NCBI GenBank assembly: GCA_965112155.1
Contig: OZ218104.1
DNA length: 64,000 bases
DNA from: Podarcis liolepis
Lineage: Eukaryota
Reading direction: 5' to 3' (one strand)
Shown here piece by piece: positions 24,232-36,800 of this stretch (positions are counted from its first letter, which is position 1; each line of letters opens with the position of its first letter). Under the pieces are notes generated by a model. It saw only the letters and a program-made list of their open reading frames with translations. It was not told the origin of the DNA and did not search any database. The position numbers and the translations under genes were made by a program.

Positions 24232-24265
24232 ATAGAATTTCATCAGAAAAATGTTGGAGGGTATG
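23942..24265. mobile_element. Non-autonomous DNA transposon (TIR CA[G/T]ACCCTCCAA)
   Basis: cagaccctccaag ... ttggagggtatg. Flanks AGGAGT / AGAAGT. Confidence 0.7.
24173..24228. repeat. (ATT)n microsatellite
   Basis: Direct reading. Confidence 0.95.
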
Positions 24266-24672
24266 AGAAGTAAGTCCCATTTAATTTATTTTAACTTTCC
24301 AGTCTTTCCTCCCCAAAGGGAGTCCAGTTGGAAAGGGACCCCAGGATATTTTAGTCTAACCCCCTTGCAATGCAGGAACATGCAGCTGTTCCTTACTGGG
24401 ATCACACCTGCAACCTTGGCATTATCAGTCCTACATTCCTTGTTATTAGCTGTTGAGACAGGCAGGCACCTCCATTGTGTTCTTTTTGTCACCCGCTAAA
24501 AACATTTTTGTTAATACAAGCCAACTCAGACATGTAGAACGCTGTTGTATGTTTTGATCTGTTTGTAGTCATTGCTGGTTTTATCTTTTGAATGTTTTAA
24601 AGAGTTGTTTCTACTAATAATTTTATTGCTTTAATCTCTTTGTAAACCACTCTGAGGGGGTTTTTCCAGTCA

Positions 24673-24814
24673 NNNNNNNNNNNNNNNNNNNNNNNNNNNN
24701 NNNNNNNNNNNNNNNNNNNNNNNNNNNNNNNNNNNNNNNNNNNNNNNNNNNNNNNNNNNNNNNNNNNNNNNNNNNNNNNNNNNNNNNNNNNNNNNNNNNN
24801 NNNNNNNNNNNNNN
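24673..24814. other. Assembly gap
   Basis: Run of N. Confidence 1.
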
Positions 24815-25338
24815 AATAAAATGGATGGTGATGATGATGAATAATTCTATTCTTTTCTGTGAAATAATGATGCCCACTTCCTTCAACTGTTCATGGGACT
24901 TCCTCCCCACTCCTCTGCAAATACCCCTGGCCTTGTAGAACTTGTTTTCCACAACCTCTGACTAATCATGAATCGCCACATTTTTAATTGGCTATGAATG
25001 AATTTATTGATTCATCGCTCTGATTACCTGACGAGTGCCTCTTAGGGGGGTTCTTTTCTTTTAGGAAAACATGTCATGGTCTGATTCTCTCCAGTTCCAA
25101 GTGCAGATGAAATGAGACTCGCCAAAATGAATCCCCTTTTTTTTTTTTGGCTTTCTGCAGGAGCCAAACCTCTTGCTGCAGCAGGAGCAGCCTGGGTGGC
25201 GGGGTCAGTGGGGTAAGAGATGTGGCGAAACATATCATTCTGTCACTGACACAGACAGTCCAAACTCAAGCAAAGGCCCTGCCAAACCCCAGGTTGATGG
25301 CAGGAACACAGTGGAGGAGCAGCAATGAAGAGAGGAAG

Positions 25339-25873
25339 TGTTAGCTCCCCGCTGATATTCCAAAAGAGAGACGTATCGTGTGCTCTTTATTTTTTACAAG
25401 GCATGCATGGGGACCCTTCAGATTCCCAGAATAAGTGAAGCCTAGAGTGGCATCTCAGCAATCACACAACTGATACAGAATCGAAGACCAACGCAGCTCT
25501 TTATTGCTAAAAGTCCAAATGCTGCTTAGCAAGTTACTGCTTGCCTAGGGGCTCTTTCGCCAGTTGACACCCTCATTGGTCAGCAGATCGGTCACATTAT
25601 CGGTTGGTAAATTTGAGAGCACAGAATTATTTATTGGAAAATTAGAGATGGCAGAATTATTGGTTGGGAAGGAGAGGATGGTAGCGATTGGTTAGCAAAT
25701 TAGAGAGGCCTGTTTTTGTCAGCGGATAAATCAAGGCTGGTCAGCTGTTATTGGAGGCCAAATTAGAAGTGGGCATGTTATTTATCGTTGCGCTAAAGTG
25801 TTGCTGCCCAGGTTTCTAGACAAGGACATATTGGGAGATTTGGAAGGTGGTTTTCCTTCCCCTCTAGCTTACA
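25339..25873 (-). mobile_element. Probable solo LTR
   Basis: Termini TGTTAGCT...AGCTTACA (7/8 inverted, TG..CA), several CCAAT boxes on the minus strand, AATAAA on the minus strand at ~25500 and ~25387. TSD not resolved. Confidence 0.55.
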
Positions 25874-26263
25874 TCCGTTAAGTGCACAGCAATTGTGTTT
25901 GCTGCCACCTCAAAGAGAAAGCAATGGCAATGTGGTGTAGTGGTTAAAACACTGGCATTATACTCTTCGGTGCAGCAAGGCAAGGTCAGACAAGTTCACC
26001 ACACAAACTGTGGCAAGGCAGAGTTGAGGCAGTATGTGAGGTGAGGTGAGGAGAGTGTCTCACTCAAAGACCCTTCAAAACCTAGAGCAAACACTGTGGT
26101 TGACAACTCTGTGGTGAGACTAGATGGGTCATATTTCAGAAAGTGGAAATTTGGTAGGTACCTATTCCTTAGTTAATTTTTATGCCATCCCTCTAAGCTC
26201 AACATCCCCAGATTTACCAGCATTTCCTCAATAACTGCATTTTTTTAGACCCCGGTGTCACGC

Positions 26264-26607
26264 CAGACCATCCAAGTGTCCCTATTTTCCAGGGACATCC
26301 CTGATTTAGAGAAGCCATCCCGGATTCTGATTTGATCCCAGAGTGTCCCACTTTTCCTTAGGATGTCCCTATATTCATTGGATAAATGTTGGAGGGTATG
26401 GAGTTATCCAACCCCTGAGCCACCTGAAGGCAATCCTGTATAAAGAAGGGCTTTTTAATGTTTCATGTTTCATTATGTTTTTATATATTTTGGAAGCTGC
26501 CCAGAGTGGCTGGAGCAAACCAGTACGATGTGTGGGGTATAAATAGTAAAATTATCTTTATGGAATGGGATGTTCCTATTTTCATTGGAGAAATGCTGGA
26601 GGGTATG
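26264..26607. mobile_element. Non-autonomous DNA transposon, same family as 23942
   Basis: cagaccatccaagtgtccc ... ctggagggtatg, with an extra internal right end at ~26400. Flanks TCACGC / TCATGC. Confidence 0.7.
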
Positions 26608-27513
26608 TCATGCTCCTCTTGGCCCTCAGCTGAAACCATTTCCAACCTGTCAACTTCCACAATCCATGTGGCCTGGGACGGAATGAAGCCGTGGTGTTTT
26701 TTGTGGCATCGTGCTGGCATGACTTTCGGCACTCCTTGTCCTGAGCACTTAATGTGCTGCCACAGCAAATCATAGGGTTGAACTAGAAGTTTCGGGGGGG
26801 GGGGCAGAGAGGGGAGAGAAATAGTCTGGCTTTTCTACATGTTGCTTCTTCAACATGGCACTCTGTGTGTGAGAGGGGAGAGAGGGAGGGAGGGAGGGAG
26901 GAAGTGAGAATCAAAACCTTTTCAGGAGAGTGTAGAAATTGCAGTAGCTCAATGGAAGAGCATCAGCTTTGATGCAGATGGTCCAAAGTTTTCTGGCATC
27001 TCCGAGTAGAGCTGAGAAAGACTCCTGTTTGAAATCTTGAGCTGCAGTAGTCTGTGGACATAATCATAGAAGTGTACAGTTGGAAGAGGCCCAGAGAGTC
27101 CTCTAGTCAAACAACCTGCAATGAAGGAATCACAACTAAAGAATCCCTGACAGATGGCCAACCAACCTCCGCTTATTGTCCCTCTGTTAGGTGATTCTGA
27201 GCTAGCTGTACCTATGGTCTGGCTCAGTATAAAGAAGCTTCCTATCTCCCCTTTGTCCTGGCCCACCAGATTCTCAGACTGCTCCATGCCAGATGAATGA
27301 CATTCCCGTAGTTCTAACCATGGCATACAAGGATTTGCCTCGACTCTATGTTTAAGATGATCTTCTGAGCAAAAGCTGACCATCTTCTCAGGATGACCAC
27401 TCTCCACATGTGCCCAGACACCAGGGATGGAGAACCTGAGGTCCTCCAGAAGCTGCTGGATTCCAGCTCCCATCATCCCTGATCATTAACCATATATATT
27501 GCATGCCATTATG

Positions 27514-27514
<1 letters not shown>

Positions 27515-27556
<42 letters not shown>
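27515..27556. repeat. (AAT)n microsatellite
   Basis: Direct reading. Confidence 0.95.
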
Positions 27557-27557
<1 letters not shown>

Positions 27558-30362
27558 ACAAAATGTGTTCTAAACAGTGCAATATAATTCATGTTTGACC
27601 CTATTTGTAAGTCATCTCAAGGCTCTCTTTTTTAAAACATGTCAGACAGCAAGCTATAAATCTCTTAAAAATTTAAGATGTAAAAACATAAAATAAAATA
27701 AATGTTTCTTGAGATTGTGTTTTTACTTGAAAGTAAATAGTCTGGGGTTTTCCTTTCCCCTTCCTTACCTCCTCCCCACACTCTACTCCACTTCTCATTT
27801 TTGCAAAGTTCATCTCTGGGCTTTAAAACTGTCAAAAATGGTTTACTATTTCCAAACAAGGGATATCGGTTTTGGCAGAATTAAGAGATGTGGAAGGCAG
27901 GGGCAGTGTTGTTTCAGGACTCCATGTAAAAGAGCAAAATTTTAATGTTTCAGAGACTTAAAGGCCTTCCTCATGTTTTGAAATATATGCTCCCCCGACT
28001 GAGCACGTGATGTTATCAAAAGCTTTATGAAGTCTCCCCTTGGAAAAGTAAAGGTGATTGATGGGGCAGAGCAGAGCCCGATTGAAGGAGGTGGACAGCA
28101 GCTATCCAAACATCCATGGCACTTTCAATAAAGATGGTTCAAAATGTCATTTTATATGGCATTAGAGGTTGGCATGGTTTGCCTGCACTCAAAATGCTAA
28201 TGGTACTACTGAGTGCTCCAAGTGGAAGGCGGAGAAGCTAAGAGCTCAACATGAGGAGGATGCTGCTGCATCAGTCCACAGAATACAGAACCCTCTATAG
28301 GAACACGATGAGTCATATTATCACTTCGTGAAGCTCAGTATTATTGACACCAGAGAAGCCAGTGAGATGCTCTCTTGATCTTGAGGACTACAACTCCAAA
28401 GATCCTTGACCATTGGCTATGCTAACTAGGGCTGATGGGAACTGTAGTCCACAACATCTGGGTGGTGCCACATTGTCTACCCCTGACCAACACTGCATGA
28501 CAGTGGTTCTCTGAGGTTTCAGACAAGCGTTCCCTTCCCAGCCCTACCTGAAGATGCCAGGGATTGTACCTGGGATCTTCTCCATGCAAAGCATGAGCAG
28601 ATCTGAGCTATCTATTTATCCAAGATCATTCCTCTCCAAAAAAGTAGGCATCCATTTCCTAAACCTTATGACACTGTAACTTCTGAAAAGAAAGGTAATT
28701 TTTTAAAACAAACAAACAAAAAACCCACAAACAGGATCTTTGGATGCACCAGCTCATGGACAATATTTTCTTTTCTTTTCTGTTTGGACTGAGCTGTCCT
28801 GCAAAAGAATTTCCTTTCACCCAAATCCTTTCCAGGATTCTGCTTACAATATTTCCCCTCCCCCCATCTCTACTGTGAAGGGTGTTTGTCTGCCTTCTTC
28901 TTTTTGGCATTATTATTTAAGAATGAAAAGCTTTGCCTTTCAGTCTCATTTGGGGGAGATTCTGTTGTGAAAGCATTGGGAGACTCTTCTCCATTCATCC
29001 ATCACCACCACCCAAGCAACTCTGCAGCTCCCAGCTTGGATAACTTGGTGAACAATTGACTGAGAAAAGAATAAAAAGACAAAGAAGACAGCAGAAGACA
29101 CTGATAATTGAAAGAAGCACTGCCAGGAATCTGTATGTTTTTAAAAAATAAATCAGGGCATTTGTTGAAACAGTTGTGCAAACAGCATGGAGCCTGTGGA
29201 AGTGGTTCAAGTTGAATGCCTCCTTAAAAAGGGTCTAGGGATAAAAAAAGAAATCAAGAGACCTATTGGTCTCCCATGCTTTTAGGACAGAATTCACACA
29301 ACCATTTCAAGTGTGTTTTTCTCTGGGTTGGGAGAGGTCAAAGAAAGTTGCCTTCTTTGGTGGACATTAATGAAGTTATCAAACTGATTGTATGAACAGT
29401 TCAACACAGGTCCAAATGGTGACAAAGGAGGTTTGACCAACTTTCTCAAAGATTTTTTTCAGAATATCCTGGAGAAGGAAGATACAAAGATATTTCATTC
29501 TGAATACAGAATGCTAAAGGGTTTGGGGGGAGAATGAACATTCGTTCCTGTTTTTAGAAAATAATTTTTATTTTTATTTTATCAACAGCAATAAAACAAC
29601 AATATATACCAGCAGTTGAGGAAAGAGAGATTGGGGTTGTTCTGGGTATACATTCTGAGCTACCAAAAGAGAGAGCTACCATTCATTCCAGAGATGAATG
29701 TGACTCAAAGAAAGGTGAAATTTTTGTTCAAGAGTAGTTGCATACTGCATGGAAATAAACCAAGTTTTGTAAACACGTTATGGGTGTGTGTTGACTGTTT
29801 CTGTCTCTTAATCAATTTCTCCATTACAGCAAGTGACACATGAGTTCATACCAGCCTTTCATCAAGTTCAGTTCCAAGGATCGACAACTTTTTGCAAGAG
29901 TCAATTTTGTGCCTGCTAGTAAACATGAAATGAAATTCCTATGTATTAGTGTCCGGGTTGAATCATCATGAATTTAGGATATAGGGTAACCTCTAGCTTT
30001 GTTATTTGACCAATTTCTATGAAAAACTTTATCCAAAAAGAATGAACTTTAGGACATGACCATTATACATGGAACTCAGTTCCCACTCAGCCACAATTTC
30101 ACCCACACTTATTATCAACAGATTTAGTGATTTTACTTAATTATGATTTTTCTATTCTTGAATTGCACTAATGATTATAAAATGGCAGGTTCAGCTTGGA
30201 GCCAGGGTATCGGATAGACTGCCATACTTGTTTCTCCTACATTGTTTTTCATAAGATTTTATTAAAGCTTTTTTTATAATAAACAATAAGATAAAAGAAA
30301 CTAAAGAAAAACAAAAGCAGAGAAAGATAGATAAAAGAAGATGCAGATTCCTCTCTCAAAGA

Positions 30363-30611
30363 ATAAGAAGAAGAGTTAGGATTTGATATCCCGCTTTATC
30401 ACTACCCTAAGGAGTCTCAAAGCAGCTAACAATCTCCTTTCCCTTCCTCCCCCATAACAAACACTCTGTGAGGTGAGTGGGGCTGAGAGACTTCAGAGAG
30501 GTGTGACTAGCCCAAGGTCACCCAGCAGCTGCATGTGGAGGAGTGGGGAAGCGAACCCGGTTCACCAGATTACGAGTCCACCGCTCTTAACCACTACACC
30601 ACACTGGCTCT
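30363..30611 (-). mobile_element. Young tRNA-derived CORE-type SINE (Squam3-like)
   Basis: A box (GTGTGGTGTAGTGG), B box (GGTTCGCTTCC), CORE motif GGGTGACCTTGGGC, (TTC)n tail. Highly similar to the copy at 43277. Confidence 0.85.
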
Positions 30612-31962
30612 TGGAACCCTTGTCACCCAGAGAAAGTGGTGGACTCTCCTAGTTTTCTCTCAGTCTCTCACCCTGGGAGATCTTCCCTTCCCTGCCTCTC
30701 ACGCAGGGTTCTTCCACTAACCATCCACCACTTTCATGTGTGTGTAATCCTTGGACCTCAATAAAGGCTTCTTGTGATTTAGGATTATTGCTGTGGTTTC
30801 TCCAATTGTCTGGATTGGTTTAAATCAGGAGTGGGGAATCATACCTGGACTACAGCTGCCATCATCCCTGTCCATTTGCTATGATGCCTGGGACTGATGG
30901 GCGTTGTAGACTAACATCTGGAGCGACATCCCTGTTTTAAACGGATTCACTTTTATTTATTTTTTAATTTTATATTTTCTTCTTTGGGTTACACATGTTG
31001 ATGTTTAAAGTATACAGATGTACACTTTATACCAGCTTGATGTTTCCTTGCAGGTTGATGGTTTAGAAAGTGAATCCTAGGCACTTATATTCAGAGTAAA
31101 CCCGCTTAAATTAATAAACCTAGTTTAATCATTTCCAATAACGTTCAATGGGTCTACTCTGGGTAAGACAACAACTGGCTACAATCCTATGTAAACCAGT
31201 ACACATTGGCCAGGTATGTGCAAAGGGGAGAGGTGAATGACTTTCTATTAAAAAATAAAACAGGATTCTGACCTGCCTCAAAAATAATCTCCAGAATGAT
31301 ATTGGCTTGGCTTGAAAATGATGCTATCCTTTTTATTTCAAATTTTATTTTTGGTTGCCTTCTGTCTTCCATTTCTTGACACCCCCTTTGATTTCTTGCA
31401 GCGGGGACAGAGAATGTGATCTGCGGGGAAAAGACAAGGGTGCCAGGAGAGCTGCGCCCCAGGTGGGTCTTCCGGATGCCCAGAGTCCTAATTACCGTTG
31501 CATGATAAATTAGCTAGTAACACGGGCGGAAGATTTTTCTCATACAGTAGGAGCTGGGAAATATTCAATGGCAGTCAACGGAACAATTATATACCACAAT
31601 ATCTGCTCTCTTCTTCATTCAGCTCTTTGACAAAAGGAGCACCTATTATTAGCCAGGCAATAATCAATTGCTTAAAATAGGCATGTAAAAGGGAAGATTT
31701 GGGGTGGGGAGGGGATCATCATATACACCACCACTTAATAAGCATTTCACTCCTTCAAGAGAGATGAGGAAGAGTACACACTCTGGTTTTATCAGCATAC
31801 TCTGGAGTCGACAAAGTGGCTAGGGGGAAGGGAAGGCATAGACTTAACTCACCATGTGCATTTTGCATAACATGGCATTCCTCCTCTGTGGGGTGCCATC
31901 CAATCAAAGGCTAGCAGGTCTGGTGCTGCACGAGACAGACATTTATCTCAATCTCAGCCTCT

Positions 31963-32140
31963 CAGGGAAGGGGCTGTAGCTCAGTGGTAGAGCATATGCT
32001 TTGCATGCCAAAGGCCCTGGGTTCAATCCCCAGATGGAGCTGGGGGAAAAACCCCTTGCCTGAAACCCTGGAGAGCTGCTGCCTGTCAGTGTAGGCAATG
32101 CTGGTGGTCTGCCTTGGTATAAGGCGACTTTGTATGCTCC
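31963..32140 (+). mobile_element. SINE with tRNA-Ala-like head
   Basis: ggggctgtagctcagtggtagagcatatgctttgcatg...gggttcaatccc, then the body gcctgaaaccctggagagctgctgcc. Related copies at ~9391-9585(+), 36955-37100(+), 26935-27060(+), 19562-19720(-), 28490-28600(-) and 42640-42805(-). Confidence 0.75.
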
Positions 32141-32349
32141 TGAAATCAATGGTACTTAAAAAATGATTTATTTGGGCTGCCTTGAGTTAATTACATTTAA
32201 CTTAAAAGCCTCCTGCTCCTGATGGGCAGGAATGGGCTAAGACTGTGTCTAAGTCTCTGAGAATTACTGAAGGGCATTCATGGAACTCCAGTTCCAATCT
32301 GCTCCAACCAGCATGGTCAGGGGTGACGGGAGCTGTGGTTAAATAATAT

Positions 32350-32580
32350 TATTTATTTATTATTACTGCATTTATAGCCTCACTTTCTTCTCCAAGGAGT
32401 GTATATGGTTTTCCCCTCCTTGTTTAATCGCCACAACAACCCTGTGAGGTGGGTTAGGCTGAGAGCATTGACCACCACCCCCATGGTCACCCAGTAAGCT
32501 TGATGGCTTAGTGGGGATTTGAACCCTGGTCTATTCAGGTCCTAGTCCGACTCCGAACTACTGCACCACACAGGCTCTCA
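32350..32580 (-). mobile_element. Older MIR/CORE-like SINE
   Basis: caaccctgtgaggtgggttaggctgagag...gatttgaaccctgg...ctgcaccacacaggct. Boundaries approximate. Confidence 0.7.
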
Positions 32581-32834
32581 TTATCTGGAGAACTCCCCGA
32601 TTGAGAAGGTTTCTCTGAAGCAATTCCAGTTACAAGATCTGAAAACCAAACTAAATAAATAAACCAAGGTTCCCTAAATTTGCAAAGCTCTGTCTTGTGC
32701 ATATTGATGAACAGTGAGTCGTTAGTGAAGTACCTGTCAAATCCAAGGCTAGGAATCCACAGCTAACATGAATTAAAATCATTTTGGAGAACAACTTGGA
32801 ATGATTCTTAGTTCAAGTTCATTCTCTTGCATGT

Positions 32835-33255
32835 GGTAGCCATCTTCAAAATCCCTGAAGGGCTGTCACATGGAAGATGGGCCAAGCTTGTTTTATGATG
32901 CTCTAGAGCAGTGGTTTTCAATCAGTGTGCCATGGCACCCTGGGGTGCCTTGAATGATGCTCTGCAGTGCCGCAGGCAACACTGGTCTCTGTCCCTCTGC
33001 TCTAGAGGATAGGACCTGAACCAATGGATTCAAATGGCAAGGAAGGAGATTCTAACTACACATTAGGAATAACTTTCTGATGGTATGAACTGTTCAGCAG
33101 TGGAAGGGTGGTGGACTCTCCTTTGTTGGAGGTTTTTAAACAGAGGTTAGATGGCCATGGGTCAGGGATTATCTAGCTGTGATTGCTGCACTGCAGAGGG
33201 TTGGACTAGATGATCCTTGAGGTTTCTTCCACCCCTACAGTTCTATGATTCTATG
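32835..33255 (+). mobile_element. Older CR1 3' fragment
   Basis: Decayed homology to the end of ORF2 (aggagattc..cattagga..aactttctga), stem-loop and ttctatgattctatg tail. Interrupted at 32909-32999. Confidence 0.8.
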
Positions 33256-33274
33256 TGCTTTTTACACTTTAGAA

Positions 33275-33803
33275 TAGGGTTACCAGACATCCTCAGTTCC
33301 CGGGGACAGTCCCTGGATTTGCAAATCTGTCCCTGGACAAATTCCGTCCCCAGAATGTCCCCAGATTTGCAAATCTGTTCCCGGGAAACGTGGCAGCGGC
33401 AGCCTCAGCAGCCCAGAGCCAGCCTGGTAGTGGAGTTGGCTCTGGCTGGCTTCAGGAGCTGTTCGCTGCTGTGGCGCCCACCATTTTCCCTCGCCAGAAG
33501 TCCCCATATGATGTGTCTTGTGTGATCTCCTGCCCCTTCCACCTTTCCCCTTTGTTTTGACTGATCGGGGGAGGCTTGGGAGTTGTGGGCAGGCGGCCAT
33601 TGCCCAGTTTTTAAAAAAAACTCTGTGCATTTATGTTTCACAGGGTGCAAAAGAAGGGCTTTGCACCTTTATACAATATGCATATATGCTTCGGCCCAGG
33701 GTCTTTTGCCTCACCATCACCACCACTGACTCCCTGTTGCTACTCAGCTTAAAAAAAAAAAAAAAGTGTCCCCGGATTCATTGAAAAAAATCTGGTAACC
33801 ATA
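33275..33803. mobile_element. Non-autonomous hAT DNA transposon
   Basis: TIR TAGGGTTACCAGA / TCTGGTAACCATA. Perfect 8-bp TSD CTTTAGAA at 33267-33274 and 33804-33811. Subterminal GTCCC repeats and the palindrome CAGATTTGCAAATCTG at 33362. Confidence 0.9.
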
Positions 33804-36800
33804 CTTTAGAATCTTTGGGCTTTTGCTGGTCACTGCCAAAATACAGAAAGGAGCTTAAATGGGTTTTTTCAACTGTAGCTTGACATTTCCAGTTGTCCAA
33901 AAAGAACAAACACGGCAAGGGGGTCGGTTTGCTGTTTGTTTTGTTTTTGTTTCCTTCACTTTAAGCTTAAAGATCACAATTGTTGGGGGAAATAAACTGA
34001 ACCATGCACATTCCACCATGTGAGTGCCTTGATGTTTTCTTAGTCTTCTTAACTATATTTTATACTTCAGCAGAGTAGATTGTAACATTCTGAACACTGG
34101 AGTGGGGCAGGATTGCCAAGGATCAGTTGGATGAATTTTAATTGAACTGTGAGCTGACCAGTGAACAGAACCAGCCCATTTTGCAAAGGGACAAATGTGA
34201 AATTGGATTCGTTCCTTTTGAGGCCCGTTGAACTTGAATGAGAACTTGATCCTTTCGAAAACAAACTTTCAAAACTTTGCATCGCGTTCACACCTCATAA
34301 GGAACTGTCTTCAGAAATGTGAGGTATCAACCACACTTATTCCCTGATGCCTTTTCTGTGTGATAAATGCAGGATGAAGCAAAAAGAGAGGGGGAAATGG
34401 GGCAGGAAAAACAGTGTTGACTTTAAGACCTTCTCAGCCTGCTGGCTTTCTTGCTGGCATCTTTGGAGACCTCTCCTGTATGCTGCAGTTTAAGCATCTG
34501 ACTCAAGAGCTATAAATAAATCAGCAGAATACATAATTTAGCAATCAGTGTAAAAACAAAGGCCTTGTCAAAGAGGCCACTTGACTAATGAATATTCTTT
34601 GTTTACCAGCCCGGCAAGCAAAGTGGCATTAAAGATATACTGTGCGTGATAGCCAAGTGTGTTCTTGGTGGTCGGTGTTCCCTCTTATGGAGTGCATTTC
34701 CGTCCTCCTCATCTGGAAAAAAAGAGGGGAGAAGGGGCTTCTATGTAGGGTTGCTTCAGGAATTCAAAATTTTGTGAATCTCTGCCAGAAAGTGATATGC
34801 AGATACGGACTGAGATTCTGCACTTCTCCAACTGTTGTGATGCAGTCCTGAACAATGAAAACATATCAAAATGCATATTGAAATCGGTATTTTGAGAGAA
34901 CAGTTTAAATACACTTGAAGGAGGAGGAGGAGGAGGAAGAGGAAGAAGAGGAGGCCTGCTCAGATTGCTTTGGAAAGTACAAATCAGGCAAACTGACTTT
35001 TGAATGCAACATGAATCAGATTTTTCTCCCATTCCAATTCATGGTTTACTGGGGATCCGAACCCAGATCTCTGCACTCCAAGCCCAGCACTTTAACTGCC
35101 TCACCATATGGGCTATCAAGTGTCCAAGTGAAACATTCCATCCATTGCTATTTAAACTATTCTTCATTTCGCCTCCCCAGCTTGATAGGTTTCAGCTAAA
35201 TTAGTTTTTCCCTGAGCAAATTTTTTTTTCATGAGGACAATGCATAACATAGAAATTACATTTGTGAAATCTTAGACGGTTAAAGACTGCCCTTCAAAGC
35301 ATCAAAAATATTTACTCTTTGGGTACTTTCTTTCTTTTTATTAAAAAAAAGAACAGAAAAAGCAGTCGCTCTACAGAATTGCTGGAATAAATGCATTGAC
35401 AATCTTCCTTCCATTATATCTACTTAATCAGGCCCTTGCTACTGAATATGCATTGCTTGACGTTTTCTCCACCTGTACATTTATCAGTCTCCCTACTTTG
35501 GTTTAATTGCTTGCCTTAAAAAAAAAAGTGATTAATTTGTATTGCTGTAGCGTTGATAGACCCCCAGTTCTACTTAAAATCATTGAGGAATGGAACCTTA
35601 ACATTCCTGCCATGTACACTTTGTTAATTTATAGCTGAATAACCAGACAGCTCCTGAATCTTATGGTTTCCAAACAAATCAAACAAAAGTCGCTCCGTGA
35701 AGAAAGCTCAGTATAGCTTTTGAATATGTTTGTCAATGTAAAGTTAGCATTTGGTCCAAGGGCTCTGCAATCTAGCTTTGGGAAGGGGGGGCACTTCTAA
35801 TATTTAATGGCTCAAAGCCAGAAAAGGGTGTGGTTTTTCGGCTGGCAGGGTATCATAGAATGGCTGGGTTGGAAGGTACCCCCCCCCGGTCATCTAGTCC
35901 AATCCCCTGCCGTGCTGGAATCACAGCTAAATAATCCCTAATGGATGGTCATTTTAAAACCTCCAATGAAGGTGATTCCGTTCCATCTGGAAGCAGCTTA
36001 AAGAGGAGGGGGGGAGGAGGAGGAGGGATCCTTGCCTTTGGTGGCCATATGTCCTACTTTACAGAGGGTGGTCCTCTATATTCAGGTAAGTCCTGTTTGA
36101 AACACTGTCCAGTCCAACATAAATGTAAAGATAAAGAATCCTAAGAAGATAGACCTTCCTGGTTCCTCCTCCTTCTCCTCCTGCTTTTCCTCATAAGGCG
36201 TATCGATGAAACGTGTCATGCCATATATCATCATGGCATATATTTCTTCATTCCTTCACCATCTTACTGGTTTCCACACAGTGACAATAGTGCAGTTGAT
36301 ACCCCACACTTCATTATGACATGTTTATGGGGGAGAAGAGGAGGAACTAGACATGGGCCCATAACTTTCAGAGGGAACCTCAAGTTGGATCCAGAGAGCT
36401 AGCTGCACGAGTGGAAGCCCCTTCCCCATAACCTAATGCTTTAAATTACACGGTGCAGGTGGGGCCTCACACCTTAGCAAAGGACCCACTGCTTCTCTTT
36501 ACCACTGCAACCTGCTTCCTGGTTCTCCCACATGTCTCTCTCTGGCCCAGGCAGTGGTGGTGAGAAGCAGCAGCAACAGATGCCACTGCCTTCCCAGCAA
36601 GAAAACACATGACTGTGAGGAAGACAATACAAGGTGGTGTTTCTTGAAGAAGCCTTTGGATGGGTGAGGGTGGTGCTGGAGGAGCAAAGGTATCAAGCAA
36701 ATGTGGTCTTTCAGCAGGGCAGGCCCTACCATTTGGAAGAGGGAGGAGTAAGATATGTATCTGTTCTTTTTCAGCTCTCTCCCCCCCCCACCCCCTGCCA

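Noticed and set aside
25161-25212. Exon-like segment with AG/GT signals
   Set aside because: The acceptor depends on a poly-T run and the peptide is unrecognisable, so it cannot be told apart from a pseudo-exon.
31970-32035. Apparent tRNA-Ala(TGC) gene
   Set aside because: The acceptor stem is broken, it runs into a SINE body, and several decayed copies exist, so it is a SINE head.
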